The notes beneath the pieces are model-generated. The model was not told where the DNA came from. It saw nothing but the letters and a program-made list of their open reading frames with translations, and ran no database searches. The translations under genes were made by a program, and so were the position numbers. This document shows, in pieces, positions 60,695 through 64,000 of a stretch of 64,000 bases of DNA. Source of the stretch: Ignavibacteria bacterium (GTDB lineage Bacteria > Bacteroidota > Ignavibacteria > Tepidaquicellales > OLB5); the NCBI GenBank assembly GCA_030835025.1, contig JAUQWS010000071.1, forward strand, positions 20,365 through 84,364, read 5' to 3'. How positions within the stretch are numbered: position 1 is the first letter of the stretch; each line of letters begins with the position of its first letter.

Positions 60695-62269
60695 ATGTAT
60701 AGAAAACTGTTCTGTTTCTTACTGCTTCTTGCATCTCTGAGTATTTATGGACAAACCACAGAAGTTGTATTTATACAGTTAAACGATGTATATGAGATAG
60801 CACCGCTTGAGGGGGGCAAATACGGCGGTCTTGCCCGCGTTGCTGCAATTATTGATGAGCTCAAAGCAAAAAATCCTTATACTTACGTAATTCTTTCGGG
60901 TGATTTTATCTCGCCCTCGGCACTTGGAACAAGCGAATACGAGGGTAAGCGAATCAATGGCAGGCAAATGGTTGATGTGATGAATGCAATAGGGGTTAAT
61001 TATGTTACATTCGGCAATCATGAGTTTGATTATAAATATGAAGTCCTGCAGGACAGGATAAATGAATCGGATTTTGAATGGATAAGCTCAAATGTTTTCA
61101 GAAACATCAATGATAACACCAAATGCAATAGTTTTGAAAAGTTCAATGCCAGGGCTTATTCATATTGGCGTGATTCAAACTTTGCCGGAATCGATATGAC
61201 CCTGATCGGAAAACCGTTTCCTGAATATACTATACTGAATGTGCCCGGATACCTGAGGAATCAGCCCATCAGGCTTGGTATTCTGGGACTCTGCATAGAT
61301 GCAAACAAGCAGTCTTATGTATCATATGAAAATTACGTTGAATCAGCAAAAAGAGTTTATTCAGTCATAAAGGATAGCGTTGATAATCTTATTGGAATAA
61401 CCCACCTGGCAATTGATGAAGACAAGAACCTTGCCTCACAGCTCCCTGCACTTAGCCTGATAATGGGCGGGCATGAACATGTGAATATGTACCATAAAGT
61501 CGGCAATACCATAATCACCAAAGCTGATGCAAACGCGAGAACGGTATACGTTCATACTTTGAGTTTTGATATAAGTAATAAACTAGTTGATATTAAATCT
61601 GATTTGATTAAGATTGATGGCACAATACCGGAAAAACCATCTGTTAAAGAGCTGGTTGATGAGTGGACAACACGTGCCTTCAAAGGATTTATGGATAAGG
61701 GTTTCGATCCGCTGGTAATGGTTTATGACCTCAAAAATGATGTACTCGACGGCAGGGAAGAGACTGTGAGATTCGGGCAGTGTGCGCTTGGATACCTGAT
61801 AGCTAACGCGATGTTTGATGCAGCTAAAAGCTCAGATATGGCTTTCTTCAATAGCGGGGCTATAAGGATAGATGATGAGCTTAGGGGAGAAGTAACCCAA
61901 TATGATATTATCAGAGTACTTCCTTTCGGAGGAAAGATCTTCCAGGTTGAGCTGAAGGGGAGCCTGTTGAGGCAGATACTGGAAACAGGGTGGAATAACA
62001 AGGGGAACGGCGGATACTTGCAGTTCTACGGGATTGAATACACTGCTGCAGGATGGAAAGCAAAGGGCGGTTTAATAGATGACAAAAAATCCTACAATGC
62101 AGCAGTATCAGACTATCTTCTGAGCGGAATGGAGCAGAATTTTGGTTATTTAACTAAAGATAATCCCGGAATACTAAAAGTAACAGAGCCTGACCCGAAC
62201 AATAAAAGCGACCTCAGAAACGACATCCGTTTTGCTGTCATACAATACTTCGAAAAATGGAACAGATAG
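60695..62269 (+). CDS. Bifunctional metallophosphatase/5'-nucleotidase (UshA-like), secreted
   Basis: 524 aa with a signal peptide. Metallophosphatase motifs are QLNDVYE, SGDFISPS, GNHEFD and GGHEH. A C-terminal 5'-nucleotidase domain is present (NSGAIRID). Confidence 0.85.
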   Translation: MYRKLFCFLLLLASLSIYGQTTEVVFIQLNDVYEIAPLEGGKYGGLARVAAIIDELKAKNPYTYVILSGDFISPSALGTSEYEGKRINGRQMVDVMNAIGVNYVTFGNHEFDYKYEVLQDRINESDFEWISSNVFRNINDNTKCNSFEKFNARAYSYWRDSNFAGIDMTLIGKPFPEYTILNVPGYLRNQPIRLGILGLCIDANKQSYVSYENYVESAKRVYSVIKDSVDNLIGITHLAIDEDKNLASQLPALSLIMGGHEHVNMYHKVGNTIITKADANARTVYVHTLSFDISNKLVDIKSDLIKIDGTIPEKPSVKELVDEWTTRAFKGFMDKGFDPLVMVYDLKNDVLDGREETVRFGQCALGYLIANAMFDAAKSSDMAFFNSGAIRIDDELRGEVTQYDIIRVLPFGGKIFQVELKGSLLRQILETGWNNKGNGGYLQFYGIEYTAAGWKAKGGLIDDKKSYNAAVSDYLLSGMEQNFGYLTKDNPGILKVTEPDPNNKSDLRNDIRFAVIQYFEKWNR

Positions 62270-62342
62270 GCCTTCCAACTGTTATAGCTGCGGGATTTCT
62301 GCTTCTTTCTCTTATCGTCATGTTCCTGTTCAGGAAGAACAA

Positions 62343-62624
62343 ATGAATTACGAAATTGAACTCAGGGGAATCCTTGACAAAGACGGAAAACTCAGAGTAT
62401 GGCCTGCCAAACCCGAAAAGAAACAACTGGCTGTTATGTTTGTTTCAGAGAAGTTTGAATTTGACAGGGATTACACAGAAAGAGAAGTCAACGAGATACT
62501 TAAATCGTGGAACACATTTGGTGACCATCAGCTGCTGAGAAGGGAATTGTGCGACAGGAAATTCCTTGCAAGAACTCCAAACGGAAACAGGTACTGGAGA
62601 GTCAGACCGGCAGAAGAAAATTGA
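62343..62624 (+). CDS. DUF2087 domain protein
   Basis: Starting at ATG 62343 gives 93 aa. The ORF-track start at 62232 overlaps the upstream gene. The family pattern is YTEREVNEILKSWNTFGDHQLLRRELCDRKFLARTPNGNRYW. Confidence 0.7.
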   Translation: MNYEIELRGILDKDGKLRVWPAKPEKKQLAVMFVSEKFEFDRDYTEREVNEILKSWNTFGDHQLLRRELCDRKFLARTPNGNRYWRVRPAEEN

Positions 62625-62632
62625 TCGTCACC

Positions 62633-63322
62633 TCAGCTTAGAGCGAATTCAACTGCTGCATTTGAATGTATAAGCGTTGTATCAAAAGCCGGAATGCTAA
62701 CATCTTCCTGCTTTACAAGAAGCGGTATTTCAGTGCAGCCCAAAATTACCCCCTTAGCTCCTTTATCTGCAAGTCCTTCGATTATTGAAACATACTTCTC
62801 CCTCGTCTTATCAGAAAAAATGTTCTTGGCAAGTTCACCCGAAATTGATTCATGGATAAACTTCCGGTCATTTTCACTTGGTAAAATGGCTTCAATGCCG
62901 TTTTCAGCAAGCTTCTGCCTGAAGAATTCATGCTCCATCGTGAATTTTGTACCCAAAAGCGATACCTTGTCAATACTCAGTTTCCTTATTTCTGCTGCTG
63001 TTGCATCTGCTATATGGATAATCGGTATATCAATTTCCTTTTTTAGCCTGTCATATAATAAATGAATAGTATTAGCGCAAAGCACTAAACCTTCTGCCCC
63101 GCCGGAAATAAGCCTTTTGCACGCGGTCAGAACCAGCCTGTAATTGCTGTCCCAATCGTTTCTTTCATTATTCTTATCAATATCTCCGAAATTCAGTGAA
63201 TACAAAATACATTCTGCATAATTCAATCCGCCAAGCGAATCGTTTATTCCCTGATTAATGTACCTGTAATAATCTATTGTCGAAAGCCACGTTGTGCCGC
63301 CTACAAGCCCGAGAATTTTCAT
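62633..63322 (-). CDS. Aspartate/glutamate racemase family protein
   Basis: Starting at ATG 63322 gives MKILGLVGGTTWLSTIDYYRYIN. The catalytic Cys contexts are LVLCANTIH and VILGCTEIPLL. The ORF-track start at 63373 would overlap the upstream gene. Confidence 0.85.
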   Translation of the reverse strand: MKILGLVGGTTWLSTIDYYRYINQGINDSLGGLNYAECILYSLNFGDIDKNNERNDWDSNYRLVLTACKRLISGGAEGLVLCANTIHLLYDRLKKEIDIPIIHIADATAAEIRKLSIDKVSLLGTKFTMEHEFFRQKLAENGIEAILPSENDRKFIHESISGELAKNIFSDKTREKYVSIIEGLADKGAKGVILGCTEIPLLVKQEDVSIPAFDTTLIHSNAAVEFALS

Positions 63323-63324
63323 AT

Positions 63325-63942
63325 TTATTTTTTTTGATATTTCCAGTTTCTTGATTTTCCTTCTGAAAGCCACTCAATTGCTGTATCAATGCGTTTGTCT
63401 CTGGTTTCTTCGGTTTTTGCTTCGCAAATCCACTCAAGATATTCGCGCTTATGCGAAGGACTGAAGCTATCGTAAACTCCTTTTGCCTTTTTACTGGTTG
63501 AAAGGGCCTTGCTGAAAGCAGCCGGCATAGTATATTCTTTTCTTTCGTGTTTTGGTTTAACAGTCCTGTTCATCTTCACACCCTCATCGTTCAATTTCTT
63601 TGCCTCTTTAAGCCATTTCAATAAAACAGTATCTTTAGGCAAGTCTTTTAAGGATTTGATACAGCCCAGATTGCCCATAGCAGCTTTGCTTTGTTTACTG
63701 AGCAGTATTTTGCTGTCTTTCATCAAAGCTGCTTTCCAGAATCCGAGCACGGTATGCTCTTTGAAGGCTGCGAATCCGCAATATGGTCCTTTGTATTCAA
63801 AGCTCGGCATTCCCCATTTTATGGTCTCTTCAACCTCAGGGCAGGCTTTGTGTATCAGGCTCCTTAAATGCTTCAGAATTGGTTTGGCAAAATCAGCCTT
63901 CTTTGCGATATAATCATCTATTCTTTTGTCCTTTTTACCCAT
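63325..63942 (-). CDS. DUF1801 (YdhG-like) + YdeI/OmpD-associated family protein
   Basis: 205 aa. The N-terminus reads IDDYIAKKADFAKPILKHLRSLIHKACPEVEETIKWGMPSF. The C-terminus reads SPSHKREYLEWICEAKTEETRDKRIDTAIEWLSEGK. Confidence 0.75.
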   Translation of the reverse strand: MGKKDKRIDDYIAKKADFAKPILKHLRSLIHKACPEVEETIKWGMPSFEYKGPYCGFAAFKEHTVLGFWKAALMKDSKILLSKQSKAAMGNLGCIKSLKDLPKDTVLLKWLKEAKKLNDEGVKMNRTVKPKHERKEYTMPAAFSKALSTSKKAKGVYDSFSPSHKREYLEWICEAKTEETRDKRIDTAIEWLSEGKSRNWKYQKK

Positions 63943-64000
63943 TGTTACGCTCCGAATTGGCTTAAATGATGGTTTAAGTGTTTCCGCGTTAGAGTGTTCC

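Noticed and set aside
1-64000. A search for CRISPR arrays, mobile elements (transposase, integrase, inverted terminal repeats), prophage genes, toxin-antitoxin pairs and known defence-system genes.
   Set aside because: None of the ORF translations shows nuclease, recombinase, Cas or phage hallmarks, and I saw no spaced direct repeats by eye. A computational repeat search would be needed to exclude short or degenerate repeats.

Overview
This 64-kb chromosomal window is densely coded, with about 56 protein-coding genes. I found no rRNA or tRNA genes, CRISPR arrays, transposases, integrases or phage genes by reading. The gene content points to a Gram-negative FCB-group bacterium (Ignavibacteria/Bacteroidota-like); this is an inference. 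Supporting features are a cargo protein with a type IX secretion (T9SS) C-terminal sorting domain, a PorV/PorQ-like barrel, CarboxypepD_reg-type TonB receptors, LolA, LpxH, and TAnnTTTG -7 boxes upstream of many genes.

Most genes are housekeeping:
- Cell division and chromosome: ftsK 3' end, scpA, scpB, rluB, lysS, queA.
- Envelope: PBP1A, lpxH, ugd, rfbB, wecC, wecB.
- Metabolism: methylmalonyl-CoA mutase large subunit, moeB/thiF-rhodanese, nadA, a cystathionine beta-synthase/gamma-lyase operon, and a tryptophan 2,3-dioxygenase (TDO) cluster.

The candidates most worth follow-up, all uncharacterised and all inferences:
1. 19719-24333: a four-gene cluster combining three different ATP-dependent carboxylate-amine ligase types (classical ATP-grasp, GCS2/YbdK, and a divergent GspS-like/circularly-permuted ATP-grasp-like protein) with an M29 aminopeptidase.
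2. 50403-53182: a protein with three zinc ribbons and a 6-blade propeller, translationally coupled to an FAD oxidoreductase.
3. 32849-35979: a secreted Cys/His-rich protein, a tandem-YHS periplasmic protein and a TonB-dependent receptor, which look like a metal module.
4. 8813-12185 (minus strand): an operon of a GT-C-like glycosyltransferase, a decaprenyl-phosphate phosphoribosyltransferase-like UbiA enzyme and an EamA transporter.
5. 47507-48295: an SDR coupled to TDO whose catalytic Tyr/Lys are replaced by Ser/Arg.

All family calls rest on motif recognition by eye. No database search was run.
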